In this document: piece after piece, positions 50,979 through 61,422 of the stretch
Numbering within the stretch: position 1 is the first letter of the stretch
Layout: each line of letters opens with the position of its first letter
Source of the DNA: an uncultured bacterium
GTDB taxonomy: Bacteria > Desulfobacterota > Binatia > UBA1149 > CAITLU01
DNA: 64,000 nucleotides
Reading direction: 5' to 3'
NCBI GenBank assembly: GCA_903893315.1
Contig: CAITLU010000046.1
Location: 32,187 to 96,186 of the forward strand
Program-made: the position numbers and the translations under genes
Notes under the pieces: generated by a model
Told to the model about the DNA's origin: nothing
The model's input: the letters and a program-made list of their open reading frames with translations, nothing else
Database searches by the model: none

Positions 50979-51058
50979 GGATCGGGACCGTAACTTCCGG
51001 CGGACGCCGAGGCAAAGCCGCCGATCAGCCCCGGCCGGTCGAGCAGCCTCTCACGAAC

Positions 51059-52297
51059 TCAAAGCGTCATACGGAATCCGATCGAGACGATCTGTCCGGA
51101 CAGGCGGTAGCGCCCCGGAAAGATCGACGCTTCGCTGGAACTGATGTGGCGGACTTCCCCGAAATCGTGTCCGGCAAGAAAGTCGAGCGTGAAACTGTCG
51201 AAGGCGTATGAGACGCCGGCGCCGACTTTGACTTCCGCCGAGTCGATGAGCAGCGGACTCACTCCGCGGTCACCGACCACTGCGTCGGCGTATCCGGCGC
51301 TGACCGCGACCTTGAATCGCTCGGTCAAGGCATAGAGGAAGCCGCCGCCGATTCGCCACTCATCGTTGGCATCGGGCACCAACGGCACGTCACCCTGGGG
51401 CGTATCCGAAAAGCGGAAATAGCTGTCGCCAAAACTGCTCGTGTCGGTCCAGCGGCCGTACACCCCGAGAGAAAGACGCGGGGTCGCTTCGAAGTTGGCG
51501 CCGAGAAATACCTGAGCCGGCATCTTGATTCCCAGGCTGACATTCTGGTTTTCGCCGTCGGGTTTTCTCATGTCGCCTTCCGCCCACAGCTTGCCGGGAA
51601 GACGCACTCCGACTCCGACAGACAGGTCGTCGTTGACCTCGTAACGAGCGCCGACGATGGCCTGCACACCTGGCCCGACCAGTGAATAGTAGTACGGAAT
51701 GTCGCTGGTGTAGCGCAGACGCGTCCAGCCCAGAAGGGCGGATACGGAAACTCCGACGCTGAGTTTGTCGGTGACTTCATGCGCGGCAACCAAAGCAAGA
51801 TTGGCGACCGAGAGTTCCGAATAGAAATCGCTGGTGACACCGACGCTAGGATCGGCCTGGCCCTTGAACGAAGAGCCGACGCTGCCGTAGGACGCTATGC
51901 CGAAGTGCCATCCGCCGGGACCGTCGAAAGCCATGCCGAACTCGGGGCCGAAACCGTAGGTGTCGCGGTCGCCCTCGTACCCCGCAGGAGCCGACGCATC
52001 CATCGAAGCGTGCGCGATCAGCAGAGACGCCGAACTGGAAATCTCCTTGTCGTGAAAAAGCGTCAGGCCGGCTGGATTGGAAAACGCCGCAGCCGATGGC
52101 GTAAGCGGCTTGCCCACCGTTGCCCCACCGAGCATGTTGTCGGGCATCCCGACCGCCGGCACGACCAACTGGGATGCGAAAACCGAAGACGCCGCGAAAA
52201 CCGCGACCACTGTGGCACCGACGCGCAGACACCAAACTCTGACCATCGAACCGGGCGCGCGGTGGGCAACAGCCGCGAAACTTGCTGCATCAATCAT
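51059..52297 (-). CDS. OmpP1/FadL-like outer-membrane transporter
   Basis: Signal region, FSNPAGLT motif, alternating beta-strand pattern. Confidence 0.72.
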   Translation of the reverse strand: MIDAASFAAVAHRAPGSMVRVWCLRVGATVVAVFAASSVFASQLVVPAVGMPDNMLGGATVGKPLTPSAAAFSNPAGLTLFHDKEISSSASLLIAHASMDASAPAGYEGDRDTYGFGPEFGMAFDGPGGWHFGIASYGSVGSSFKGQADPSVGVTSDFYSELSVANLALVAAHEVTDKLSVGVSVSALLGWTRLRYTSDIPYYYSLVGPGVQAIVGARYEVNDDLSVGVGVRLPGKLWAEGDMRKPDGENQNVSLGIKMPAQVFLGANFEATPRLSLGVYGRWTDTSSFGDSYFRFSDTPQGDVPLVPDANDEWRIGGGFLYALTERFKVAVSAGYADAVVGDRGVSPLLIDSAEVKVGAGVSYAFDSFTLDFLAGHDFGEVRHISSSEASIFPGRYRLSGQIVSIGFRMTL

Positions 52298-52447
52298 TGT
52301 CTCTCCTCAGGGAATGTTCTGGCTCCATCTACGCGAAGCGCATCATTGACAAAAGGCCCGGCGTAACCGCAGCGGTTTGACTCATCCACCCGGCCTTCGA
52401 TAACTGGCCGTTCACGCCGGATACGGTCCGGCACAGATGAAACGGCC

Positions 52448-53479
52448 ATGGCCGCCAGTCAAGGAGACCAAGAGGTGCAAGAGAGATCGGGACTCATCGC
52501 GTTCTGGAAGAACTACGACCGCAAGGCGGTGCTGCGCTATGCCCAGGAAGCCGACGAGCTTGGCTACGATTCCTTCTGGATTCCCGAGGCTTGGGCCTAC
52601 GAGGCGTTCGGCCTGCTGACCGAGATCGCGCTTCACACCAAGCGCATCAAGCTGGGTACCGGCATCGTCAATGTTTTCAGCCGTTCGCCCGGCCTCATGG
52701 CCATGAACGCGGCGACGCTCGACGATATTTCCGGTGGGCGCTTCATCCTCGGCCTTGGCACGTCGGGCGAGAAAGTCGTCCAGGGCTTCCACGGCATTCC
52801 CTACGAAAAACCGCTGACACGCCTGCGCCAATACATCCAGGTAGTGCAGGCTCTCATCGCAGGACAGCGCCTCAGCGAGTGCGGCGCCGACCTCTGGGAG
52901 TTTCGTCATTTCAAACTCGAGATGACGCCGCTGCGTACTCGAATCCCGATCTTCTGCGCCTGCCTCAACGACAAGGCGATCAAGATGGTCGGCGAACTGG
53001 CGGACGGCTGGATGCCGACCTTCTGGCCGTGGCAACAGATGGAGAAAGGCATCGCGCTTCTCACGCAGGGAGCATCGGTGAGCGGACGCGATGTCAACGA
53101 AATTGCGATTTCGCCGTTCACCACCGTGATTCCTATCCCGGACAAGGAAATGAGCTATCACTCGGCGCGAGGGGTGATCTCCTTCTACATCGGCGGCATG
53201 GGAGTCTACTACCACGATATGCTCGCGCGCATGGGCTTCCAGGAGAACGTGGACCTGGTGCGCTTTCTTTACGTCCAGAAGCGAAAAGAAGAAGCTGCCG
53301 CCGCGGTCTCTCAGGAACTCCTCGACGCGCTGGTGATCGCCGGTGACCAGGACTTTTGCCGCACGCGTCTTGGCGAGTGGAGAAAGCACGGCGTCAACCT
53401 GCCGATATTGGGTCTTCCCACCGATATGGGCCCGGAAATCTGCTCCATGTACATGCAGATGATGGCGCCGGCGGCCTGA
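52448..53479 (+). CDS. LLM-class flavin/F420-dependent oxidoreductase
   Basis: Motifs [43 protein letters not shown]. Confidence 0.88.
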   Translation: MAASQGDQEVQERSGLIAFWKNYDRKAVLRYAQEADELGYDSFWIPEAWAYEAFGLLTEIALHTKRIKLGTGIVNVFSRSPGLMAMNAATLDDISGGRFILGLGTSGEKVVQGFHGIPYEKPLTRLRQYIQVVQALIAGQRLSECGADLWEFRHFKLEMTPLRTRIPIFCACLNDKAIKMVGELADGWMPTFWPWQQMEKGIALLTQGASVSGRDVNEIAISPFTTVIPIPDKEMSYHSARGVISFYIGGMGVYYHDMLARMGFQENVDLVRFLYVQKRKEEAAAAVSQELLDALVIAGDQDFCRTRLGEWRKHGVNLPILGLPTDMGPEICSMYMQMMAPAA

Positions 53480-53485
53480 TCCGCA

Positions 53486-55858
53486 GTGCCCTTCCCGGGC
53501 AGCACCGTGATCGCTGCGATCGCAAGCGGCGTTCTTCTGTTCATCCTTCCCGGAGCGCTGCTCGTGCGCGCGAGCGGTGCCCGCTTGCCTCGCGCGGAAC
53601 TACCGGCCTGGGCGCTGGCTGGGTCGCTGGCGGTTTTGTTCGTCTGCTTCGCCGGCATCGCGGCGCTGGGGCTGCCGCTGCAAGCAGCGCTGTGGCCGCT
53701 CGCAGCGATAGTCGCGCTTGCGGCTGCGCGGCGACCGGCGACAAGCGCTGGTGCAACTTCGTACGAAGCCTCGACATTGCGCGACGACGGCGAGCCGCGC
53801 TGGTGGCCGCTGTTTCTTCTGATAGTCATCGCGGCGGCCGCGCTCGCGGCGTCCAGTTTCGCTTCCGTCGGCAGCATAGATCGCTGGTGGTACCTCGCAT
53901 ACGTGCGCGGCTATCTGGAAAGCGACGCGCTGCGTGTCACCGAACCTTTCCTCGGAACCGAGCGCGTCTTCGCGCGTTTCGGCGTTCATCCGTGGCTGAT
54001 GGGACTGGCGCTGTGGTCGAAGCTGAGCGGCGCCGATCCGGTGTGGCTCTACGAAAGAGTCGCACCGGTACTGGCGGTGGTCGCGGCAATATCGGCGACG
54101 ACGGCGCTGGCGCGCGCTCTGTTCGGCCGCAGCGCAGTGGCGCGCGCAGCGGTGTTCGCGACGTTGCTGTCGTGGAGCGGGGGACTGCTGCCGGTGCTCG
54201 CACGCGCCGGAGAAGACAAGGTTCTGGCGCAGGCCGCTCTGGCCTGCCTGTGCCTGGCCGCGTGTCTGAACGCAGTGCGCGGCGAACGCGGCGCATTGGC
54301 GATGGCCGCGATCGCCGCGATCGCCACAGCGACAGTGCACGGCCTGGTCTTCGCCTTCGTACTCGCAGCGTGGCTCCCCTTCGCGCTGCTGCGCAGCATA
54401 GGCGCCGTAGCCGAACGTCGTGCTCTGGCCGCGACCAGCGTCCTTCTTCTCGTCGTTGCCGTGCAACCGGCGGTGCTCGGCCTGATGGTCGAGCGCAGTC
54501 TGGTCGAGGCCGGCGCGGTCGCGGATTCCGACGATCACCCAGTGCTGCGCGTACACGAGAGCCGCGATCGCACAATCGACGCGGGAAGCCTCGGGTTCAT
54601 CGTCAATCCTCGACTGCTCGCGCATCCGCTGTCACTGCTGGCGCTCGGCGCCGTGCCGTTGCTGCTGCGACGCCGCCGCGACCTGAGCAGCGATTTTCTG
54701 CTCGCGAGCACCGCAACCTCGTTGCTTGTCGCCTTCTTGCCGCCTCTGCCGGCATTGGCAGGCAAGCTCATTCCGGGTTGGATGGTCTACCGGGTGCTGT
54801 GGATCCTTCCTCTCGGGCCTCTTGCTGCGCTGGGCGCCGCCAAGATCGGCAGACATCTACGCGCGAGCGAGAAGGCGATACTCGGTCTGCTGTTAGCACT
54901 CAGTGCGTTACCGCTGGCGGGATCGATAGAGCAGCGGGTCGGAGAAAACCGCGCGCGGCGCGCGCTGCCTTCATCGGCCGAATTTTCCGCCGCCATGCGC
55001 GCCGTCGCGGCTCTTCCAGCCAATGCGCTGGTAGCCGCGGCGCCGCAGCTTTCAGAGCGCCTGCCGGCGCTCACCGGCCGCCACGTCGTCGCTGCGCTCG
55101 ATCGCTCGACGATCATGTTCAGCGGCTCGCGCGACCTCGGTGAAGCAAGACTGCGTCTGCGTGCCGCCACGCTTTGCGGTGACGTGCGCGCCGGTGATTT
55201 TCCTTTGCCAGATGTGCTGCGGCCCACCCACGCGCTGTTCGATCCGCGCGCCGCAGCCCAGCCGGTGTGCGCGCAACGGCTGTTCGGCAATTCTCGATAC
55301 GCGCTGTGCTCGCTGGCCGAAGCGCAGGCCGAAACACCGGCATTGTCACTGGAACGTGTCAACGAAAGGGCCGCTGCTGCATCACCGTCACTGCCGGCCG
55401 GAGCCCGCGCGACGACGCGTATTTTCGCCCGCGGCGGCGCCGCGAGCAGTTGCAAAGCCTCTTGCACGCCGGGAGCAAGCGACGATCTCGCCGCAGCCTG
55501 TCAGCCCGGCGATTGGGACGCGGCGGCGCCGGTGGTTGAATGTCGCATAGAATGCAGCGCGTTCGTGGAAGCTGCCGCAGTAGATATCGACGAGGTCGAA
55601 ATCGTCCCGCAGTCAGTTCACGCCGTCGACGAACTGCTGCTGCGCGCGCGGGGTCTTCGCCAGGGTCGCGAGGTCTACGTCGCGACCGGTCGCGCACGCA
55701 CCGACGGCCTCGCACCGCTCCGCTTCGCGCTGCCCCACACGGTAAGCGCCGCAGCCGACACGGTCGAACTGCGCATCGCCTCGGGCATGCTGCCTTTCGT
55801 CAAGCTTCGCGACGTCACGTGGAGCGTCGCAGAATCGACCGGGTCCGCGGGTCGATAA
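53486..55858 (+). CDS. Large polytopic membrane protein (GT-C/DUF6077-like) with soluble C-terminal domain
   Basis: More than 12 hydrophobic helices; IDRWWYLAY, EDK, YRVLWILP; Cys-containing C-terminal region. Confidence 0.6.
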   Translation: MPFPGSTVIAAIASGVLLFILPGALLVRASGARLPRAELPAWALAGSLAVLFVCFAGIAALGLPLQAALWPLAAIVALAAARRPATSAGATSYEASTLRDDGEPRWWPLFLLIVIAAAALAASSFASVGSIDRWWYLAYVRGYLESDALRVTEPFLGTERVFARFGVHPWLMGLALWSKLSGADPVWLYERVAPVLAVVAAISATTALARALFGRSAVARAAVFATLLSWSGGLLPVLARAGEDKVLAQAALACLCLAACLNAVRGERGALAMAAIAAIATATVHGLVFAFVLAAWLPFALLRSIGAVAERRALAATSVLLLVVAVQPAVLGLMVERSLVEAGAVADSDDHPVLRVHESRDRTIDAGSLGFIVNPRLLAHPLSLLALGAVPLLLRRRRDLSSDFLLASTATSLLVAFLPPLPALAGKLIPGWMVYRVLWILPLGPLAALGAAKIGRHLRASEKAILGLLLALSALPLAGSIEQRVGENRARRALPSSAEFSAAMRAVAALPANALVAAAPQLSERLPALTGRHVVAALDRSTIMFSGSRDLGEARLRLRAATLCGDVRAGDFPLPDVLRPTHALFDPRAAAQPVCAQRLFGNSRYALCSLAEAQAETPALSLERVNERAAAASPSLPAGARATTRIFARGGAASSCKASCTPGASDDLAAACQPGDWDAAAPVVECRIECSAFVEAAAVDIDEVEIVPQSVHAVDELLLRARGLRQGREVYVATGRARTDGLAPLRFALPHTVSAAADTVELRIASGMLPFVKLRDVTWSVAESTGSAGR

Positions 55859-55867
55859 CGATTCTGC

Positions 55868-56482
55868 TCAGCCCGCCGCGAGCACCGGCGAACCGTCGGC
55901 ATCCGAAAACGAGAAGCCGAGCCAACGGCGCTCCTCGTCCTTGAACTCTTCGAAGATCTCACTCTCGATCCGACGGTATCTGGCAAGTTGAGTACGCGCC
56001 CGTTCTTCGGCGCCACGCTCGATCGCGTGTTTCGTCAACCAGTCATCCATCCAGGAGATGTGCCACTTCTCGTCGTTGGTGAGTTCGTCCAGCAAGGCAC
56101 GAGTCTCGGCATCGCAATAGGGACTGGCCGCGTGTTCCCTGTAGCGACGTGCAGCGCGTTCTTCGACGATCACCGTCAGCGCAAACAGATCGACCACATC
56201 CATCGGAATGCCCAGAGCCTTGCCGAGACGCCGTTGATAGCCGTCGGGAACTTCGACCGGGAATCCGCCGAGCTGCCGGATGCGCTGGGTCCACAGCCAC
56301 GCGTGACGTGTCTCGTCGGCTATGTGCCGGGAGAACAGCACCTGGGTCTGGGGATTCTTGTCCCTCTGCATCATCTTGATCAGAAGCGTGGCCCCGCGCA
56401 TTTCGGCGTCGCGGTAATAGCTGAACAGCTTGATGAGAGCTTCGGTGGTCGGCTTGGCCTGGGTCGGTGCTTGGTTGCTCAT
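55868..56482 (-). CDS. Ferritin-like (di-iron) domain protein
   Basis: Di-iron pattern AEMRGA, DETRHA, VEERA, DEKWH. Confidence 0.82.
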   Translation of the reverse strand: MSNQAPTQAKPTTEALIKLFSYYRDAEMRGATLLIKMMQRDKNPQTQVLFSRHIADETRHAWLWTQRIRQLGGFPVEVPDGYQRRLGKALGIPMDVVDLFALTVIVEERAARRYREHAASPYCDAETRALLDELTNDEKWHISWMDDWLTKHAIERGAEERARTQLARYRRIESEIFEEFKDEERRWLGFSFSDADGSPVLAAG

Positions 56483-56687
56483 TTGCGGCGATCCCGGGCT
56501 GGGAACTTCTATACGAAACATTCTTCGGCGGGAACGCCGCGCGCGCGGCCGCCAGCCGGACCCGTCCCCCGCACCCTGGCCGCAGGGCGGCCCCGCACCG
56601 GCGCGCACAAGCCCCATGAGACGTAATGGAATGACGAGCATCGACCACGGCTTGCCTCGCTTACACCGGGCCGGCCAAACCACTACC

Positions 56688-56725
56688 GCACGCTCGTGCT
56701 ATTTGCGCTAACGGCACGTCCGTCC
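56688..56725. promoter_or_regulatory. Two candidate TetR operators
   Basis: Palindrome gcacg-ct-cgtgc (56688-56699) and near copy gcacg-tc-cgtcc (56714-56725), both followed by tat, just upstream of tetR. Confidence 0.5.
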
Positions 56726-56737
56726 TATCAATGCCGT

Positions 56738-57331
56738 ATGGCTTTAATCCAAAGGCCCAAGGGGCAGGCCACGCGCGCCGCCATCCTTCGCAAAGCCGCC
56801 GACCTTGCGTCTGTCGAAGGCCTGTCGGGCCTCACGATCGGCTGCCTGGCAACCGCCCTGGACATGAGCAAAAGCGGTCTCTTCGCCCACTTCGGATCCA
56901 AGGAAGGCCTGCAACTGGCCACTGTCGAAGCCGCCCGTGAAGTTTTTGAGATGCGGGTGCTCGCGTCTGCCGATAGCGAGGCGCCGGGCCTGCCCCGGCT
57001 CCAGAGCCTCGTAGAGGCGTGGATTCGTTACCTTGAGAGCGGAGTCTTTCGCGGCGGCTGCTTCTTCGCCGCGGTCTCGGCCGAGTACGACGACCGGCCC
57101 GGCAAGGTTCGCAATCGGATTGCCGACCTGACCGAAGGCTGGCGCGGGCTGCTCGAGGAGCAGGCCGACCAGGCCCTCGCAAGAGAACAGATCGACGCCG
57201 ACGCCGATCCGGCGCAGATCGCGTTCGAGCTTCACGCTTTCCTTCACGAAGCCGCCCGCGCCTTCCAACTCCACGGCAGCGCAGATGCCTTCGAAAGAGC
57301 GAGGCGTGCCACACGGCGCCTCCTCGGATGA
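56738..57331 (+). CDS. TetR/AcrR family transcriptional regulator
   Basis: HTH LTIGCLATALDMSKSGLFAHFGSKE; GGCFF in the C-terminal domain. Confidence 0.92.
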   Translation: MALIQRPKGQATRAAILRKAADLASVEGLSGLTIGCLATALDMSKSGLFAHFGSKEGLQLATVEAAREVFEMRVLASADSEAPGLPRLQSLVEAWIRYLESGVFRGGCFFAAVSAEYDDRPGKVRNRIADLTEGWRGLLEEQADQALAREQIDADADPAQIAFELHAFLHEAARAFQLHGSADAFERARRATRRLLG

Positions 57332-57570
57332 GCGACGGGGACAGTCAGGGATCGGCTTCGAACTCGTTCGAAAATCACGCCGTGCGTTGCGAAGGGTTTC
57401 CCGACGAGTCCCGGGCGATGATCTCCCAACTCCCACCGATCGATTACGCCGGCAACAAAAACTATATAAGAGTTAAACGTCGCGGAACGTCCGAGTGACA
57501 TTGCAGGACGTTGTCGGGGGGCATTGTCTGAACTGCGGCAGGGGGCGGTGTTTTTCGCACGGAGGTCGCC

Positions 57571-58239
57571 ATGTTCACCAACTCACGATCGATTCGCCTC
57601 TACCTCGCCGCCACGGTGCTCGCAGTGTTCGGACTCGCCGGCAGCGCGCAGGCGCAAACCGCTCAGGCCTGTCTCGCGCAGCAGCTCCGCGCGTCCGGCA
57701 GGATCTGCCAGGCCTTCGCGCGTTGTTACGCGCTGGCGATGAAGAGCGGAAAAGCCGTCGACCCGGCTTGTTTCAGCAAAGGTTCGCAGCGCCTCGGGAC
57801 ACTGTTCACCGGAATAGAGGCCCTTGCCCTTGGCAGCTGCCTCACCGAAGGCGCGGATCCGGCGCTGGCGACCATGCTTAAGGACGGAGTCGATCCGATG
57901 GCCGCGGCCCTCACCCTCGGCGGCGGACAATGCGCCGGAAAGAAGATGGGCTATCTCAGCAAGGAGTGCTCGGGCTACCTCGGGTGCTACGCCGCGGCTG
58001 CGGCCGTTTCTTCGAGCCTCGATCCGGCGTGCCTGTCAAAAAGTCAGGTAAAGCTGACGAAGACTTTCAGTAAAGCCGAAAACAAAGGCAATTGTCTCAC
58101 CGTCAATGACCGCGCCACGCTCGAGGGCATGGTGGCATCGTTGTCCGACGACGTTTTCGCTTTGTTGCGTGGTAGCGGGACGACGACCACCACAACCACG
58201 ACAACCACGCCGAGTCCCTCAACCTCGACCGTTCCGTAG
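57571..58239 (+). CDS. Secreted Cys-rich hypothetical protein with Thr-rich tail
   Basis: GGAGG RBS, signal peptide ending AQA, two repeated Cys-spaced helical modules, 10 consecutive Thr codons (58180-58209). Confidence 0.78.
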   Translation: MFTNSRSIRLYLAATVLAVFGLAGSAQAQTAQACLAQQLRASGRICQAFARCYALAMKSGKAVDPACFSKGSQRLGTLFTGIEALALGSCLTEGADPALATMLKDGVDPMAAALTLGGGQCAGKKMGYLSKECSGYLGCYAAAAAVSSSLDPACLSKSQVKLTKTFSKAENKGNCLTVNDRATLEGMVASLSDDVFALLRGSGTTTTTTTTTTPSPSTSTVP

Positions 58240-58246
58240 TAGTTTT

Positions 58247-58277
58247 CCATCGGCACGCGTTACACGCGTGCCGATGG
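58247..58277. terminator. Perfect 14-bp hairpin between convergent genes
   Basis: ccatcggcacgcgt-tac-acgcgtgccgatgg; no clear U-tract on either strand. Confidence 0.5.
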
Positions 58278-58297
58278 CCATTCGGCGGCAGCGAACC

Positions 58298-59767
58298 TTA
58301 CAGCGCCACCCACACCGCCTTGGTCTGGGTGTACAGTTGCAGCGCCTGTGCCCCGAGTTCACGGCCTATGCCGCTTTCCTTGTAACCGCCGAACGGGACC
58401 GCGGTATCGAACGCGTTGTATGTGTTCACCCACACCGTGCCCGCCCTGAGAGCGCGCGCCGTGCGGTGGGCCTTGGTGATGTCTCTGGTCCAGACGGCCG
58501 CAGCCAGGCCGTAGTCGCTGTCGTTGCCGAGCCGCACGGCTTCGTCGATGCCGTTGAAGGTGAGCGTGGAAACCACCGGCCCGAAGATTTCCTCGCGCGC
58601 GATCTTCATGTCGTTGTGTACGCCGTCGAACACCGTCGGCTGCAGGAAGTAGCCTTTTTCCTTGGCGCGCCCGCCTCCGGCCACGAGTCTGGCTCCTGAT
58701 CTCTTGCCTTCGTCGATGTAGCCGAGAATCTTCCTGAACTGCTCTTCGCTGATCTGCGCGCCCATCTGCGTAGCCGGATCGAGCGGATCACCCACGCGAA
58801 TGTTCCTGGCATGAGCAGCGAGCTTTTCGATGAATTCGTCGTGCACCGATTCCTCGACGAACAGCCGCGATCCCGCACAGCACACTTCGCCCTGATTGAA
58901 GAAGATGCCCGCCATCGCACCCTTGACCGCGGCATCTATGTCGGCATCGGCAAACACGATGTTCGGGGACTTGCCGCCGAGTTCCAGCGAAACGCTCTTG
59001 ATGTTACCTGCCGCCGCGCGCTGGATAACGCGCCCGATTTCGGTGGAGCCGGTGAACGCCACTTTGTCGACGCCTCGGTGTTCGGCGATAGCCGCACCAG
59101 CGGTCGGCCCGAAACCGGTGACGATGTTGACCACACCGGCGGGAAGTCCGGCTTCGAGCATCAACTCACCCAATCGCAGCGCCGTCAGCGGCGTCTGCTC
59201 GGCGGGTTTGAGCACGCAGGTGTTGCCGCAAGCCAGAGCCGGTGCCAACTTCCACGAAGCCATCAGCAGCGGGAAATTCCACGGTATGATCTGTCCGCAC
59301 ACGCCGTGGGGCTCACGCAAAGTGTAAGTGAAGAAGTTGGGAGTCGCCGGGATCGTCTCGCCGAGCACCTTGTCGGCCCAGCCCGCGTAGTACGCGAAAA
59401 CTTCAGCGGCCTGCGGAACGTCGACCGCGGAGGTCTCGGCTATGGGCTTGCCATTGTCGAGTGATTCGAGCACCGCGAGTTCGTCGCGATGGGCATCGAT
59501 CAGTTCGGCCACCTTGTAGAGAAAACGCCCGCGGTCGCGCGCTCTCATCGCCGGCCACTCGCCTTCCTGAAAAGCACGGCGCGCGGCCGAGACAGCCTTG
59601 TCGACGTCCGCCTTGTCGCCCTCGGCGACCACCGTGAGAACTTCCTCGGTGGCAGGATTGATGGTCTCGAAGGTCTTGCCGCTGACGGCATCGACGAAGC
59701 GGTTGTCGATCAGCAACTTACCGGGGCGAACGGAAACGGGAGACTTGACTGATGCGGCACTGGCCAT
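58298..59767 (-). CDS. NAD-dependent aldehyde dehydrogenase
   Basis: Motifs [41 protein letters not shown]. Confidence 0.95.
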   Translation of the reverse strand: MASAASVKSPVSVRPGKLLIDNRFVDAVSGKTFETINPATEEVLTVVAEGDKADVDKAVSAARRAFQEGEWPAMRARDRGRFLYKVAELIDAHRDELAVLESLDNGKPIAETSAVDVPQAAEVFAYYAGWADKVLGETIPATPNFFTYTLREPHGVCGQIIPWNFPLLMASWKLAPALACGNTCVLKPAEQTPLTALRLGELMLEAGLPAGVVNIVTGFGPTAGAAIAEHRGVDKVAFTGSTEIGRVIQRAAAGNIKSVSLELGGKSPNIVFADADIDAAVKGAMAGIFFNQGEVCCAGSRLFVEESVHDEFIEKLAAHARNIRVGDPLDPATQMGAQISEEQFRKILGYIDEGKRSGARLVAGGGRAKEKGYFLQPTVFDGVHNDMKIAREEIFGPVVSTLTFNGIDEAVRLGNDSDYGLAAAVWTRDITKAHRTARALRAGTVWVNTYNAFDTAVPFGGYKESGIGRELGAQALQLYTQTKAVWVAL

Positions 59768-59863
59768 CGCGGTGTTCCTCCGGGCGTAGATTTCAGGAGG
59801 GCGGACGCTACGCCCGCGGTGGCGACGCGTCAAGGTCAGCGCAGCCGTGACCGCGCTGCGCCG

Positions 59864-60409
59864 TCAGTGCAGTTCTTTGCGGGTCCGGCCTACAGCAGCG
59901 GCGAGATCCTCCGCCAGCGCTTCGGCCGCGCCGCGCAGCAGTTCTGGATTGACGACCTTCGGCAGCACGCCGCTGACTTCCGATCGTTCGGTGGCCCTCA
60001 AGTGGCCGACCTTGCGGCCGTCGCGATCGATCAGCACTACTTCGATCCTGATCACCGCACTGCCCTGGGTCGCGAAGAAGCTGCGCTCGATCCCGCCCTT
60101 TATTTGGTACGACACGACGGAGGGCCGCACTTCGAGAGTTCCGGCCTCGCCCATCGAGCCCAGGAGACCGCGCCGTGACAGCTGCTCATCGAGAGCCGCA
60201 TCGAAGACGTCGCGGCTCTCGTCATAAACGTCGGCCTCGTCCGGCACCATGAGTGAAACCGGATCAAAGCGAGTGCTCGCATCCAGTCGCGCCACATCAC
60301 GCTGAACATGGACGTTCTGTCTGGCGCTGCCGCAGCCTGTGAGTACAGCGGCAGTGACGAACGCCAGCGCCGACATAACAACGGTCGAACGATTCACGGA
60401 TAGGCTCAT
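59864..60409 (-). CDS. Putative lipoprotein (DUF4410-like)
   Basis: Hydrophobic signal ending LTGC; alpha/beta body; start uncertain. Confidence 0.6.
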   Translation of the reverse strand: MSLSVNRSTVVMSALAFVTAAVLTGCGSARQNVHVQRDVARLDASTRFDPVSLMVPDEADVYDESRDVFDAALDEQLSRRGLLGSMGEAGTLEVRPSVVSYQIKGGIERSFFATQGSAVIRIEVVLIDRDGRKVGHLRATERSEVSGVLPKVVNPELLRGAAEALAEDLAAAVGRTRKELH

Positions 60410-60500
60410 GCCGCGAAGGTAGCGGCAGTGGCCGGCGGTTACCACTGCGCTGCCGAAGGCCATCAGCGCGTTTACCCTTCGTTGTCGGCCGATGCCGCGC

Positions 60501-61301
60501 TCAGCGCCCGACGAAACGCGGCGCTCGTTTTTCGAGGAACGCCATCTGTCCTTCCAGAGCATCACTGCTCGCGAACGAGGCCGCGACCAGGACCTGCACT
60601 TCGGCGGCTGCCTCGGGCGCCAGCGTCGCCGCCGCCTCGACAAGGTGCAGCACGCGTTTCAGTCCCTTGAGCGCCAGCGGCGCATTGCCGGCGATTTCGC
60701 TCGCCAACGCCGAAACGGCGGCTTCGAGCTGCGTACGCGGAACCAGGCGATCGACCAGTCCCATCTCCGCGACTTCGGCGCCGCGGTAAGCCTTGCCGGT
60801 AAGAAACACCTCTCTTGCCTTGGCAATGCCGAGCACCGACACGAACTGCGCGACACCCTCGGCGGGATAGACCAGGCCGAGCTTGGCAGGCGGCATGCCG
60901 ATCGAGATGTCGTCGGCGCCCACGCGCAGGTCGCAGCACATCGCCAGGTTGAGAGCGCCGCCGAAGCAGGCTCCGTTCACCATCGCGATCACCGGATACG
61001 GGAAATTCTTGACCGCCCGCAACCCGAGTTCGAGCGGATTGCTCTGGCTCATCAACGCTTCCATCTCGGGTGTCGGGTTGGTCGGAATCGAGCGGATGTC
61101 GTAACCAGCCGAAAACGCCTTGTCCCCGGCTCCACGAATAACCACCACGCGCACATCGCCGCTAAGCGCCCACGCCGTCAGCGTCTGATGCAGGCGGACC
61201 AGCATCTCTGGCGTCAGCGCGTTGCGTTGGGCCGGACGGCTCAGCGTAATCGTCCCGATGCAATCACGAACTTCCGAGATCAGGACTTCAGTATCTTCCA
61301 T
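60501..61301 (-). CDS. Enoyl-CoA hydratase/isomerase
   Basis: Motifs RPAQRNAL, AFSAGYDI, PVIAMVNGACFGG, PPAKLG. Confidence 0.92.
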   Translation of the reverse strand: MEDTEVLISEVRDCIGTITLSRPAQRNALTPEMLVRLHQTLTAWALSGDVRVVVIRGAGDKAFSAGYDIRSIPTNPTPEMEALMSQSNPLELGLRAVKNFPYPVIAMVNGACFGGALNLAMCCDLRVGADDISIGMPPAKLGLVYPAEGVAQFVSVLGIAKAREVFLTGKAYRGAEVAEMGLVDRLVPRTQLEAAVSALASEIAGNAPLALKGLKRVLHLVEAAATLAPEAAAEVQVLVAASFASSDALEGQMAFLEKRAPRFVGR

Positions 61302-61422
61302 CGCTCTCCTTCGGGATCGGTACGCCGATCCGTGCAACCGTTGGCATCACCTGCATGGGAAACCCGGGGGCTCGCGAACGTGTCCGCGTGTGTTACTTTC
61401 GGCGGCCCGTCAGCGGGTCCGT

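Noticed and set aside
58180..58209. ACN trinucleotide run as a tandem repeat or CRISPR-like array
   Set aside because: Encodes a poly-Thr tail with mixed codons; no repeat-spacer structure.
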